From a virus (lineage: Duplodnaviria > Caudoviricetes), in IMG/VR virus record IMGVR_UViG_3300043466_001519, positions 32,001-96,000 of that record: a stretch of 64,000 nucleotides of DNA; one strand, given 5' to 3'. A model generated the notes under the pieces. It was not told where the DNA came from and searched no databases. It worked only from the letters and a program-made list of their open reading frames with translations. Made by a program: the position numbers and the translations under genes. Below, one piece after another: positions 49,801 through 57,314 of the stretch (position 1 is the stretch's first letter; each line of letters begins with the position of its first letter).

Positions 49801-51094
49801 TAAAGAATTAAAAGATAAGATATTTGACTATAGAGATGCATTCTCTGAGGTGTTAATGTCAGATAGAGGTAATGTTAGACAAGTAATGCAAAATGTTTTA
49901 GAGCCATATACAGATATGTCTGATAGAGATTTTGTTAAGCTTTCACAAAAAGCTGTAAATGATCTTTTTGATTGGGCTGTACAAACAAAAACAAACGTTA
50001 ATACAAAGATAGCTACAATATTATTAGGATCAGAAACAGAGAAATCTGCTGCTGAACAAATTATTGATTATAGAGACTCTATATTAGGCAATCCTGTAAA
50101 AGGAATAGCTCCTAAACCAGAACATAAATTATTCAATAACATCATTCTTAATTCGTTATCTATAGATCAAAACGATAAACAAGGAGGTAAAAAAGGTGCT
50201 CCTGTTAATCTTATATTAGACAATAGAGAAAACAAAGTGGCTGACCAAAACTTAACAATATATGGATTCAATGAGTTAAGAGAAACATTGAAAGAAGAGA
50301 ATAATTTAAAACTTTATGGTAAATTAACTAGACTTGCATTGTTGCAATCTGGTCTTACTAATTCTCCTATATCATTCACTAACTTACTTCCTTATAATGA
50401 TTTTAAAGGATTGTATCAAGATACCTTGTCTATATTAGAAAAACTTCCTAACTTAGCAAAATTTCAAGAACTAAATGTTTTTGAGAGAAACAATTGGAAT
50501 AATAGTGATGTAGTTACATATAAAAGAGCTACGTTATATTTTGGAGAAGATTACGTATCTAATTTAGATATAGATACATTAATCAAACCATTAAAAACTG
50601 CTGTAAAAAATAATGTTATTCCTAAATTAGTTGGACTTAGTCCAATGTCAGAAGCTGGTAGATCAGATTTCATTGTTTATTCTTATGAAGATGTTATTTC
50701 TTCAGAGCAAAGAATACTAAGAAGAAAAACTGGTAATACAGAACATCAACATAAAATGCTAATGCAGAAAGTGTATACAATAGATGAGAATAATAAAAGA
50801 GTTCCTCTTCTTCATATCACTGAAAAGAATGGTGTTGTTTATACTAAACATGTATATAAAGCAATCAATGCATGGGGTGATTCATTTAGAGCACAAGAGT
50901 TTTATACAACAAATCAACAATCAGTCCTTGACAATGGATTTGATAAAGTGAATGAAGTGGAAGATGATGTTATTGTAGATATATATAATGGTGGTGCTGT
51001 TACTTCTGTACCAACTATAAGTGAAAAACCTAGTACAAATGATGTTGTAAATGCACTTAATAAAGATAACATAATAGATAAAAATTGTAAATAA
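37871..51094 (+). CDS. Giant virion-packaged DNA-dependent RNA polymerase (phi14:2 gp66-like polyprotein)
   Basis: 4407 aa; catalytic GSDFDIDKL (DFDID at 48323-48337), FRIPTQ, ETDGAG; N-terminal hydrophobic segments; degenerate zincin HEVFE. Confidence 0.92.
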   Translation: MAKESFNFQGEEIIASNLGGVKPQLPVYNTPLPNFTNIDGEIGKRSVDDIFSNALLQNADSRIESIPLSSISTDKRYPYVFRGSNPEEMYAQQQQWTEKAFNDTLKFTNLVGTTIAGGFGMMYGVGKWALPGGKFSDIWENEAMQGLDEWNTKLDNEILPNYYKQSETDSEWYDKDNWLTANFLFDKLFKNSAYAFGAMLSGNIANGLIGTAGAGIGEWATAQALASDAANASRAFKMFTPMLRSTARAFSAGKNIEAAQVLTSELSSIADASVKSSKLFDIAKQANKFAGVNDFGRKTAIAAYSSAGEASFEALNTSKHFREKLINDYFYENGVMPIGEELEKINNVSREVGATSFLGNMALLTVTEFNQLKYLMGSSYRESKRMANSLIGETDDIILKDKKYALDTPDTKRGKIYQSTLKTAKNIVTGKATYAFDTKEALQEMSQYALEIGVQNYYDKAYKGQEAENIVDKYLDIAGYGLFGRDAEGEGVGALVSKEGIESGVIGGITGGLMQARGQYSQAKERKTNTEKLIEQLNSGASFKDAFVDKLQSVNRGVQLQKEQEAAIINGDKLEYYDSKTDTLHNYLATRVKFGKFDMIMEDLEELKQMASSEEGLESLKTQGYGNINDNIQSFNKTLTQIQDSAKAMSELYSYVNLTYGGQTITDDSGKEYKKYSNDVLDKMVYAATKIADYDKRIPLVSESLLKQNILINDVISEVISNPKSDRLTEEIKNIDGLDPNVYTKDKKDQLKNDLLETVELALRRKKFISDYNDIITSPENYKEVEKTKLDENGNIVPKETITVKVKDGKTGQVVDKKIEIGTEYLLGKVVKYDKDGNEVIQDPVLTILADNGDGTYKIKDNKGIRDVSAQVLEDYQLSKLSDIKSDKKKNYVYVNRNNTFSNKLIKDANGNPVIGRLEYTANKDRLIFVYKNEKGKVIRREVYNNMFKAKEGFKEAIITKVGEYTAEEQQAAEEFVNAPTTISQRLQTRNNIMLDLYDKSVKRLDEITKKLSTSKERTAKAIEALENQLAAESLTKAGKPRKNQTPAMKKIINELSSLQELITKENEQLLSEKEELESNIPFFKEFLDNLDSLPESGREMINLLKSDINTLEDLIDITNKAIKDNDSLLKQIEDALMKALSIFNDYIKRLKQENPGVPLFIDDLQANLEKVLGEEGAQYYIDNKQGITSQVVELESDINDFSAELKIPALNKKAEELVKDITDLKEGLDKLVSEQIAKQEILSAFQQFAIDTERQKQEAAQMQRNVTLGQELLGTLTGSVQNFFGTRPYEQEAKKDKLAVVGSTKPFTEDTAERPLPGYAARVNHFGARVSDMDNVDDLRGVIVTANTEDQILSGLTEAFISEDIPGNTPADIKRKEDIRKEVIFLVVTENGQLVDKDGKLIPGKSAEETQEEYNKRLYNNAIFQVFPSASLTSKGQDGKVGSMFRDTVPQYERDSLKEQYKAWRETQLANTTLDKKGQKFKTSFGNLEFVKYKNADGTISNDTSARTSAQDAGLLDKGILNRDAVITVATTNDDKSEGSVSFKSPKGRVFLRIPGQGLVRLYNKKFNKDESETIFDAMLNLAKNASANGSLYGNEKEEVNKNILNWLKSVVYWGIAKYPDGTRKPAGYNNIWFEDVLENGKPVKKLFMSGLQKESQAYFDFTPQGLINSKQDILGLLGQMYANTDAKKVNIDTYNAPYDEILRFDNLGNPVTRTWPNYQTYLLSGNIVDKDGNVIGKRTGKEIPLTTQVRPLTSAEDTNRKGVYFTLNSSVEYTVPAAPVVAPVVVTPTPTPAPVVTPQQQPTTPGQYDLNGTTENSITIGGKPDGKGGVTPIYNINFTFDISKISEYLKGLTDFTSLYENGALTKEFLNILKDNKVVTYIDTTDNTNGISAFVKAVGENTAEAVSLNKIFEAVAPQIVSEMIPVQPAIADEAPVVESPVVQPEGPVSDIENNEEVITPEEVVPTTELPEGFINLDDIEDVDVDRSEMRVAQAIDKLDQFKTEDWTKLEEAFAKMLPNIPFYRVKNMIKGTNGRQAWGMLHDAAIYVYENAEEGTAYHEVFEAVWKMFAGPAQKQAIINEFKARKGTFVDRESGKTIEYKNATAYQIKEQLAEEFREAVLNDKLGVPRESKTLIGRLFSQLIDAIKAFFTGENAQRNTKELFNRIGNGYYAQFNPYETQLSYAKKGIIDIENAQANADSEMRSTTIPEIEMHDIIQHMTFLTLTRLSLNNESVFTINDQKESELYPALKLGILKLLAGQKKLNNILVTEGKTTLEKATRLNNNIDTLSYNIQMEWAEITKNHKAHLKTFDVQFDESDDSILNSEENTGRGEPDGSNKIDSYRKANAALKLVLSTLPVTQVVNGRIDWFPSSIGGVTLIPADQIHIDLKSNLHSSMDIEDMLLGLKTMAENNPNYNALFRRLTGNSADVGLDINTIQEHDFQLAAALWKSISMQNPDVITVFLQEDGDVVVSNSTLSSAAKQAKKEMINDIISTLKADQSKYFRYVPATGKYYAKDNLKALQFDGANLKQYVDFLNSIGIQFNERDVADLKSDQISAFKKSVGYIREELSKVGDTKIVRDANNNDVEEDGGITTINTKTLNIDGDLLRLAIVKAVIENTEFQSTYFNINGERTQSFIGTNLISALHNTLSRLKNIEELQNDPRYKRFAYLAANNDAFVQGSQVLKKMFDIVGPDSTGKRRSGAEELLKPVIVDGIVDEETGKKKEASKVTYRQRLIQEVNLNLSGIFMNLVPGDASLEHAIRMYNKENPFVSENELSNKNYLDIFKDYFISEVELAKENRNTAKDNGKDLRFFKAILGDDVHKKIASKINKSTDAEQLYKDNEQAINSAVEAFIKQETADTEELLRAYDIITIEDSIVKVDKVNLFKKGEAVTQAGLNTKLKALSINYIIANIEMHKLIYSDPYQYNDELKRIKNFTSPGQPLVPSSQAIDARLNEIYNKGFKPGDIGYTDMTQDYFKSVTVADVLSTNENIGYDVPYEETDGAGLITLKAYRVFALRAGTWTANNEKQYRFDVAFEELVKSGADETAIKKFLKGNPGIKDTYTPVKPIVRGNKENGRTYNDIVLHKFALAPLSFRILYELNPESNAIKLYNKMQKENIDYAVFASGGKVGNEKISPLYKANGEFDNTPFEDAAELKGNLKDNVKRAVSKIPFTIVAVQSEVPSKDAPIVTQGSQITKLATMDYLESGVPVDFMPGKEFEERFIAWLGLEDKSSYNDGNNIYNEIINNQKLLEARIEDAVESLYKKLGIEETINEEGDREWRIEDRDKLVNTLTEEIGKREINYNITDAFEGFVKGDVILEATPVYQQVRNILYSIADKTIVRPKISGGMKVQVSSALLESVRAEGKPVLDSKGNPTFNKDGSPKLVYSSEELAFYKNEDGKRVCEIMLGRWFKSNKSDAELMDYFNNDPEGKKEFEALMGVAFRIPTQKQNSIDVFKIKQFLPKDFGDSVIIPSALVKKAGSDFDIDKLSIYLKNLYTDGQGKLRVVPFFGYGEQAKDKFKELYDKKLFGKIDTTTSKIFNQDALRELFRDVSFGKASSTAMEKWVPIFKEMFEEAMIDDSLATNIVEEIFQDRFESLGKKLDVLTNEDLQKTLSKIFVQDMYKKSLENAYIQSLENLISNSLNYENLVKPNDATPLKNLSEKIQEEMGYDKADFGNVGNMLSRGFMSNLRQSFVGGKQALGIAAQGQTGHAQRQRSVTYVDVDRLQGDLIDDVDKTILGNDPDSNLFATDTDINFQEYNSATINGVKRPMLSWIKNKAGEYISDINGMFIDGYVDISKGDWIIKLGATTNTASTWLFLIDLGVPIETVGYFMNQPIIKDYLRAIENKGYSWLYIEDMIADKLNDYSPSKEFLKSGTSVKGIPSETDLFKMLKYNNAVPKANMTDLQKLQQQYMLKEFLKYSKMASHMFNVSQASNYDTATINDPYLVFKKMVQLEKARKTIISSVDDIISGSFVKELKDKIFDYRDAFSEVLMSDRGNVRQVMQNVLEPYTDMSDRDFVKLSQKAVNDLFDWAVQTKTNVNTKIATILLGSETEKSAAEQIIDYRDSILGNPVKGIAPKPEHKLFNNIILNSLSIDQNDKQGGKKGAPVNLILDNRENKVADQNLTIYGFNELRETLKEENNLKLYGKLTRLALLQSGLTNSPISFTNLLPYNDFKGLYQDTLSILEKLPNLAKFQELNVFERNNWNNSDVVTYKRATLYFGEDYVSNLDIDTLIKPLKTAVKNNVIPKLVGLSPMSEAGRSDFIVYSYEDVISSEQRILRRKTGNTEHQHKMLMQKVYTIDENNKRVPLLHITEKNGVVYTKHVYKAINAWGDSFRAQEFYTTNQQSVLDNGFDKVNEVEDDVIVDIYNGGAVTSVPTISEKPSTNDVVNALNKDNIIDKNCK

Positions 51095-54000
51095 TGAGTT
51101 GTATAATAACATATAATAATCAACAAATGACTCAAGAGGAATTTGTTGAAAAACATATTCCTAAACAAGGAGAGATTATAGAATATGACGGAGTTGAATA
51201 TATGGTTCATGATTCTAATCGTGTAGGTTCTCAGTTTTTAAATCAAGAAGCTCTCTCAGAAGAATCTTATAACACACAGTATGAAGCAATAGGTACTGCT
51301 GATCAAATTCCATTTTATAATTTAGATCCTGTAGGTAAAGGAACTGTAGAATTAGGATTTGATCCAATTTTTAATATACCTCTTACTGCTCTTTTACAAG
51401 ATGGTTTTACTAAAACAGGTAAAACTTTTGACTATGAACAATATAAAAATGTATTTGGTCAAGGTTCTGCAGAACAAGACTTAATGTTTCAATCAGAAGA
51501 TATGCCTGCATCTAAAGCTTCAGAAGAGACTGTAGCTATAATGAGACAAGCTGCAGAACAAATGGGTATTGATATTCAAGACTTATTAGACTATGCTAAA
51601 TCTAATCCTGAAATAGATGTAAAAAATGTAAATGGTCTTGCTGATATTATAAAAGGAGCAGTGGCTATTGCACAAGGTAAAGAAGGTGTAGCATTGGTTG
51701 AAGAAATAGTTCACATTACAACAGCTATATTAGAACAAACTGATCCAAAGTTTATAACAGAACTTATTAGTAAGATAGATAGATTTAAAATCTACAAACA
51801 AGTGCTAGCAGTTTATAGTAAGAAGAAAGAATATCAACTAGCTAATGGTAAACCTAACATTAGAAAGATAAAGAAAGAAGCTGTAGATAAACTTATATCT
51901 GAAGTGGTAATTTATCAATCTGAGGGCTCTACAGAGTATCCAGAACTAATGGAAGAGGAAACTAGAAACATGATTCAGAAGTTATGGGAAATGATTCTTG
52001 ATAAGCTTAGAGGTGTGTATAGAAAATCTAACATTGATATATTCCAAACAGCAGGAACAATAGTTAAATCTGGTAAAGCTGGTACAGTTGCTGATATAAA
52101 AACTGATGGAATTTATTTTCAAGTAGATGATAGTGTAACAAATAAAATTACTGACTTTTGGAATAAGGCTAAAGAGTATTCTAAAGATATGATATTGCAT
52201 CCTGAAATAAAAGATGCTCAAGGTAATATAACTCAAAAAAGACATTATACATTTAAAGGAGAAAAAGTAGCTACCACTATTACAGAAAAAATTAAGAAGA
52301 ATAAAAAATTTCCAGAAAGATCAGAAGCAGATAAAGCTGTAGATGATCAAAAGAAAGATTGGGGAGATGCAGGTCACTTGTTTCAACAACAGGATCTGGA
52401 AACTAATTTCATTGATAAAACTACAGGATTTGCTTATGCACAACCATTAAATAATAGAATAGATTCTAAACTTCCTTTTGATTTACAGAAAAAGTTACAT
52501 AATTTTAATAAAGAGTTAATTGCAAGTTATCCTCCTGGAACAAGATTTCTTATAGAAGAAAAAGTGATCAATCTTAAAGAAAAAGGTATGATTGGTTCCA
52601 CTGTGGATTTTAAAGCCATTTATCCTGCACAAAAGAAAGATGGAAGTTGGGACATGAAAATTGATAATCTTGACTGGAAATTTACCACTGTAGATAAAAC
52701 CAGATATGATGATATATCAAGAGATAAAATAAAAGACTGGGTTCCTCAAATGGGACAGTTTGTTGCTATTGATTATACATATGGAGCTAACCAAAATCAA
52801 ATAGGTAAAGCTCGTATGATTCCTTTTATAATGAATTATAATTATAGAATAGCAGGAGATAAAAAATCTGGATTAGTTCCAGAATCTATAGAAATAGGTA
52901 AATTAGATTCTCTTAAGGAAACTAATCTTTATTTACTTCCTGTTCCAATCTTATCTGAAACTACAGGTAATGAGCAAGTAGATAAATTAATTAATTCATT
53001 ACAATCTCAATGGGATAAGTTATATAGTAAACCTGTAACATTTGAAGGAAAAGATAAAAGAATTGCTGACCTATCTGAATTAAGTAAAGCTATTCGTTTC
53101 TTACATTTAAAACTTGATTTTGAACCATTAGTTAATGTTGGTAAAACATTTTTAAACAATGCTGCTGATGTATTAAAAGACTTTAAAAATATAAAATTTG
53201 CAGAGCTAAATGATGTAGAATTGAATAAAAAATTGGAAGACTTGATTGCTTATGAAGAAGGAGCAAAAAAATATTCAGATTTAGATGAAGCATTTCTTTC
53301 ATACTATCCTAGAAAAGAATTAAATTCAGAAGGACAAAAGATAGTTAATGATCTTACTAATATAGGAAGAGCTACAGAGAACATGATTAAAGAGATAAAA
53401 GATCTTCAGAAACAATTTGTTGTAGAAATAGCTTTAAGAGAAAAGTTTACAACAGAAGATACACAATTATCTGTATTAGATGCAGAAGCTACTATCTCTG
53501 GCATAGAGAAATCTTTTGCAGAAGGAAGTAAACTATCTTCTAAATTGATAAACTTAGCTACTAATTTTATAATGGTAGCTAAAAAAGTTGTTGATGGAAA
53601 AATTAGAAAACAAATTAAACAATTTGGAGAGTTAATTGTTCCATTAGAACAAGAAGCAAAAGCTAAAGGAGTAAAAGCTTTTGATATGATAGCTACAAAA
53701 TCTGACAAAGGACTTTCTCTTATCAAAAAAATTAATCCAGAATTTTGGAAGAAGGTTAATAAAGCTAAAGAGGATAAGAACAAACAATTCTTTTTAGATA
53801 ACTTAAATCTAGATGAGTATAATGCTTTGGCCAAAACAGCTATAGAACAAAGAATAAGTGATGCTAGTAAAAGACAATATGCTTCAGATCCAGAAACTAA
53901 TGAGAGATATAAAGAATATGCTATAGAAGCTGTAAAAAATGCATTAGATATAACTAGTGACTCTTTTAATGGATATAATGATAGAACGTTTGGTTATTTA

Positions 54001-56133
54001 TTTAACAAATCTTTTAAAGAAGAGAAAAACTACTCAAAGGAATACTTAGAAATGTCTAAAAGTAAAGCAGCTTTAGATGTTTGGAACTTTTTTACTAATT
54101 TAAATAAAAGAGCAGAATCAATGGGTTACATTGGTGAACACCAAGATTCATTCTTTCCGTTAATGGAAGCTACTATATTAGAAAAGTTTTATCAAACTAG
54201 TAATATAGGATTTCAAACAAAAGATTTCTTTCAAGATTTTTACAAGATAAAAGTTAATGAAGAGCAACAGTTTTCTAAACTTGATCCTGAAACAGGAAAA
54301 GTCAAAAAGATTATTCCTAAATTTTTTACAAGAACAGATAAGGCAGTTGAACAACTTTCTACAGATCTTAATAAAGTGGGAAGTCTTTGGATTAAATCAT
54401 TAGAAGAATATGAGAGTAAAAAGAACTTAGAAAGTGTATTAACTACATTACATTCTGTAGAGAAAGCCAAAGGAAGTCTTATTGTGGAAAATGGTAAAGT
54501 GGTGTTTGAAAATAGAATAGCTAAAACTAATGATTCTGAAAACAAAAATGCAGATTTATTACAAGTAATAATTGATGATGAGTTGTATGGATTAAGAGAA
54601 AATCAAAGTTCATTAGGAAACATTGCTATTTCTGCACTGTCTTCTAAATTAGGTAAAACAGAAGAAGGAGTTGAGAAATTTGAGGTGGGTACAAAGAAAG
54701 TGATTGCTACAGCAGATACATGGGTACAATCATTAGCTGTAGGACTTAAACCAGCAATTGGTATAGCTAACTGGTTTGGTAACCAATTCTTAGCTTTTAT
54801 ACAAGCAGGTGGATTTTATAATTTTTGGACTGATTTTGAAAAAAATAATGTAAGAGTTTGTACAGGTCAAATGTCTACTATAGAAAGAGGACTTTTAGAT
54901 CTTATACATCCTTTAAATGAAGATGTAACAGAAGAAGAAAGAAGAAGTCTTGCTTGGAAACAAGGATTTACTAAATATCTTTCTACATGGTCTTTTACAG
55001 ATGTGATGCAAATTACTAACTCTTTTCCTGAAAGAAAGTTACAATATGCTAATGCATTAAGCTTTATTGATAACTCAATTGTAATTGATGGTGAGATTCG
55101 TAACATAAGAAAATATTTAAAAGAACAAGATAGAAAAACTAAATACAATCTATCTGTTAGTGAAAGAAAATCATTAGAATCTACATTTGAAAATAGAGTG
55201 ACTGAATTAAAAAAAGCTCCAAATGCTTTAAAGAATATAGCAAAGATAGAAAATGGAGAGGTAGTTATACCAGGTGTAAGTGATTTAAACATTGCTAAAT
55301 TTAGTTTACAAGTATCAGAATATGGTAGAACATTGAATGGACAAATGAGTCTTACTAATAAAGCTGATTATAGAAGAGATACAATGTTCAGTTCATTTAT
55401 GATGTTCAAAAACTGGATACCTAAATTAGTTACTGCTAGAGGTATGGATATTAAGAAAAATGTTGAACTTGATACATGGGAATATGGTAGAACAAGAGCA
55501 TTTTTTAAAACAGTTGCGTTCTTAGGTAAGTCAAATATAACATCTATGATTGATATCATTAATGGTACTGAAAAAGGACTTAAGATATTAGATGAGTTAT
55601 TAGAAGCTAAGAAGATAGAACATTACAAAAAAACTGGACAAGAGTTAGAAATAACACAAGAAGAGTTTTATGATCTTATGAGAGAACAATTAGTTAATCA
55701 ATCAAAAGAGTTTGCTTTATTGTTTGGAACATTAGCCTTAGTACTTGCTGCAGCAGCAGCAGAACCACCAGAAGATGCAACAGATGCTGAAAAAAATGCA
55801 TATAAATGGTATAGTAAATTGATAAATAAAATTTCTGATGAGGTGTCATTTTATTACAATCCTATATCATTTGAGTCTATAACTAAAGGAAGTTTACTTC
55901 CATCTGTAGGACTCTTATCTAAAGGATTAAAAATTGTACAGCAATTATCTTTAGAAGGATATGGTATGGCTACAGATGATGAAGAAATGATGAAGAAAGC
56001 ACATGCATTAAAATACGCATTCAATATTGTTCCAGGACTATCTCAATTACAAAATGAAGTACTTCCTTATTTGTATCCAGAATTAGCAAAAGAACAAGGT
56101 ATACGAGTTACTGGTGAATCTAGAAGACAGTAA
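51094..56133 (+). CDS. Large virion cargo protein with a PD-(D/E)xK-like nuclease region and degenerate zincin motif
   Basis: WGDAGH...IGSTVDF...LDWKF...QMGQF; LVEEIVH; follows the vRNAP as in crAss-like phages. Confidence 0.65.
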   Translation: MSCIITYNNQQMTQEEFVEKHIPKQGEIIEYDGVEYMVHDSNRVGSQFLNQEALSEESYNTQYEAIGTADQIPFYNLDPVGKGTVELGFDPIFNIPLTALLQDGFTKTGKTFDYEQYKNVFGQGSAEQDLMFQSEDMPASKASEETVAIMRQAAEQMGIDIQDLLDYAKSNPEIDVKNVNGLADIIKGAVAIAQGKEGVALVEEIVHITTAILEQTDPKFITELISKIDRFKIYKQVLAVYSKKKEYQLANGKPNIRKIKKEAVDKLISEVVIYQSEGSTEYPELMEEETRNMIQKLWEMILDKLRGVYRKSNIDIFQTAGTIVKSGKAGTVADIKTDGIYFQVDDSVTNKITDFWNKAKEYSKDMILHPEIKDAQGNITQKRHYTFKGEKVATTITEKIKKNKKFPERSEADKAVDDQKKDWGDAGHLFQQQDLETNFIDKTTGFAYAQPLNNRIDSKLPFDLQKKLHNFNKELIASYPPGTRFLIEEKVINLKEKGMIGSTVDFKAIYPAQKKDGSWDMKIDNLDWKFTTVDKTRYDDISRDKIKDWVPQMGQFVAIDYTYGANQNQIGKARMIPFIMNYNYRIAGDKKSGLVPESIEIGKLDSLKETNLYLLPVPILSETTGNEQVDKLINSLQSQWDKLYSKPVTFEGKDKRIADLSELSKAIRFLHLKLDFEPLVNVGKTFLNNAADVLKDFKNIKFAELNDVELNKKLEDLIAYEEGAKKYSDLDEAFLSYYPRKELNSEGQKIVNDLTNIGRATENMIKEIKDLQKQFVVEIALREKFTTEDTQLSVLDAEATISGIEKSFAEGSKLSSKLINLATNFIMVAKKVVDGKIRKQIKQFGELIVPLEQEAKAKGVKAFDMIATKSDKGLSLIKKINPEFWKKVNKAKEDKNKQFFLDNLNLDEYNALAKTAIEQRISDASKRQYASDPETNERYKEYAIEAVKNALDITSDSFNGYNDRTFGYLFNKSFKEEKNYSKEYLEMSKSKAALDVWNFFTNLNKRAESMGYIGEHQDSFFPLMEATILEKFYQTSNIGFQTKDFFQDFYKIKVNEEQQFSKLDPETGKVKKIIPKFFTRTDKAVEQLSTDLNKVGSLWIKSLEEYESKKNLESVLTTLHSVEKAKGSLIVENGKVVFENRIAKTNDSENKNADLLQVIIDDELYGLRENQSSLGNIAISALSSKLGKTEEGVEKFEVGTKKVIATADTWVQSLAVGLKPAIGIANWFGNQFLAFIQAGGFYNFWTDFEKNNVRVCTGQMSTIERGLLDLIHPLNEDVTEEERRSLAWKQGFTKYLSTWSFTDVMQITNSFPERKLQYANALSFIDNSIVIDGEIRNIRKYLKEQDRKTKYNLSVSERKSLESTFENRVTELKKAPNALKNIAKIENGEVVIPGVSDLNIAKFSLQVSEYGRTLNGQMSLTNKADYRRDTMFSSFMMFKNWIPKLVTARGMDIKKNVELDTWEYGRTRAFFKTVAFLGKSNITSMIDIINGTEKGLKILDELLEAKKIEHYKKTGQELEITQEEFYDLMREQLVNQSKEFALLFGTLALVLAAAAAEPPEDATDAEKNAYKWYSKLINKISDEVSFYYNPISFESITKGSLLPSVGLLSKGLKIVQQLSLEGYGMATDDEEMMKKAHALKYAFNIVPGLSQLQNEVLPYLYPELAKEQGIRVTGESRRQ

Positions 56134-56197
56134 CGCTATATTATAGCAAATATCTAACATACACCCTTTTATAATACATAATTAATATATAAATTTG
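56133..56197 (+). promoter_or_regulatory. Promoter region: GCTATATTATAGC palindrome plus TAAATTTG
   Basis: -7 box at 56190-56197; upstream motif shared with 8434, 56623 and 1613 (inverted). Confidence 0.55.
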
Positions 56198-56202
56198 CTC
56201 AC

Positions 56203-56592
56203 ATGAGAACAGCTGCAATTTGCCCAACGTGTGCCACATATGAAAATGCTAAATGCATTATATACAATGGCTCTTATTTAACTAATATACAAGCCAATCC
56301 TTTAGAAAGTCTTGAGTCTATATTAGCTAAAATAAATAATAACTTGGTACCAAAAACTGGTACCACTGCTCCTACTACTTCTGCTACATATATAGGACAG
56401 CTTTATTTGAATACAACTAATTCTATATTATACTTTGCTAAGTCAGTAGGTGCTGGATCAAATGATTGGAGTATTGTATTAACAACACCTAAAATCACTC
56501 CTCAATATTCTGATAATGCTTCTGCTATATTTGCAGGATTGAGTGTTGGTCAAATATATCGTACAGGAGATCTTTTAAAGATTGTTCACTAA
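56203..56592 (+). CDS. Short fibre-like structural protein
   Basis: CIIYNG...LESILAKIN anchor shared with 15762, 16914 and 18073; GQLYLNT repeat-like motif. Confidence 0.65.
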   Translation: MRTAAICPTCATYENAKCIIYNGSYLTNIQANPLESLESILAKINNNLVPKTGTTAPTTSATYIGQLYLNTTNSILYFAKSVGAGSNDWSIVLTTPKITPQYSDNASAIFAGLSVGQIYRTGDLLKIVH

Positions 56593-56622
56593 GAACAAGC
56601 TCTACGTAAATATATTTACCTT

Positions 56623-56687
56623 ATGCTATATTATATCAGAAATATAATATTAGCATTTCTTTATATGGAATAAACAATTTATATTTG
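56623..56687 (+). promoter_or_regulatory. Promoter of the lysis cassette (ATGCTATATTAT...TATATTTG)
   Basis: -7 box at 56680-56687; same 57-nt offset from the upstream motif as at 56133. Confidence 0.55.
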
Positions 56688-56782
56688 TTCTTTAATTATA
56701 TATGTAACCAACAAACCCACTCAACTTCGAGCTTGGGCATTTTGCGTTTAAATAAGTAATATATATAAAAATCTTTACCAGT

Positions 56783-57100
56783 ATGGCCCAATCATTTGAA
56801 CAACAAGTAGAAAAAGAATTGAAGAGCATGGATCAACGCCTATATGATCTTGAGGAAAAAATGACCTCTATAGATACAAAATTAAGTCAAGTAGTAGATG
56901 CTATCTTGGGAAATGCTTTAACTAAGACTGGCGGTTTTGTTAAAGACATTGAAGATCTAAAACTAAAAATAAAAGATTTAGAAACTAAACTTCAGAAACA
57001 AGAGGAGTTTAAGAAGAGATTCACATGGACAATTGGTATCATTGTTGCTGTTGGAGCTACGTTGCAATATCTAGCAAACATATATAGTAAAATCAAATAA
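56783..57100 (+). CDS. Coiled-coil protein with C-terminal TM helix (lysis/holin-associated)
   Basis: Coiled coil plus FTWTIGIIVAVGATL. Confidence 0.6.
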   Translation: MAQSFEQQVEKELKSMDQRLYDLEEKMTSIDTKLSQVVDAILGNALTKTGGFVKDIEDLKLKIKDLETKLQKQEEFKKRFTWTIGIIVAVGATLQYLANIYSKIK

Positions 57101-57101
57101 T

Positions 57102-57314
57102 ATGAGCAGAAATGAAAAAATAGATCTTTACTTAAAGAAATGGATAAGTAGAAAGTTAACAGTTTTTGTTGTTGCTTCTGTTGCATTATTCTTTAGTAGA
57201 GTTGATTCAGATAACTGGACAATAGTAGCTACAATGTACATAGCTGTAGAAGGCGCTACAAACATAGCAGAACGTTTAATGAAAACTAAATCAAATGTTA
57301 CTGAACAAAATTAA
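57102..57314 (+). CDS. Putative holin
   Basis: 70 aa, two TM segments, SRKL motif, near the endolysin. Confidence 0.65.
   Translation: MSRNEKIDLYLKKWISRKLTVFVVASVALFFSRVDSDNWTIVATMYIAVEGATNIAERLMKTKSNVTEQN

Noticed and set aside
38000-56000. Numerous 60-140 aa minus-strand ORFs inside the giant genes
   Set aside because: Low-complexity Ser/Leu/Phe/Ile shadows of the coding strand, with no motifs or leaders.
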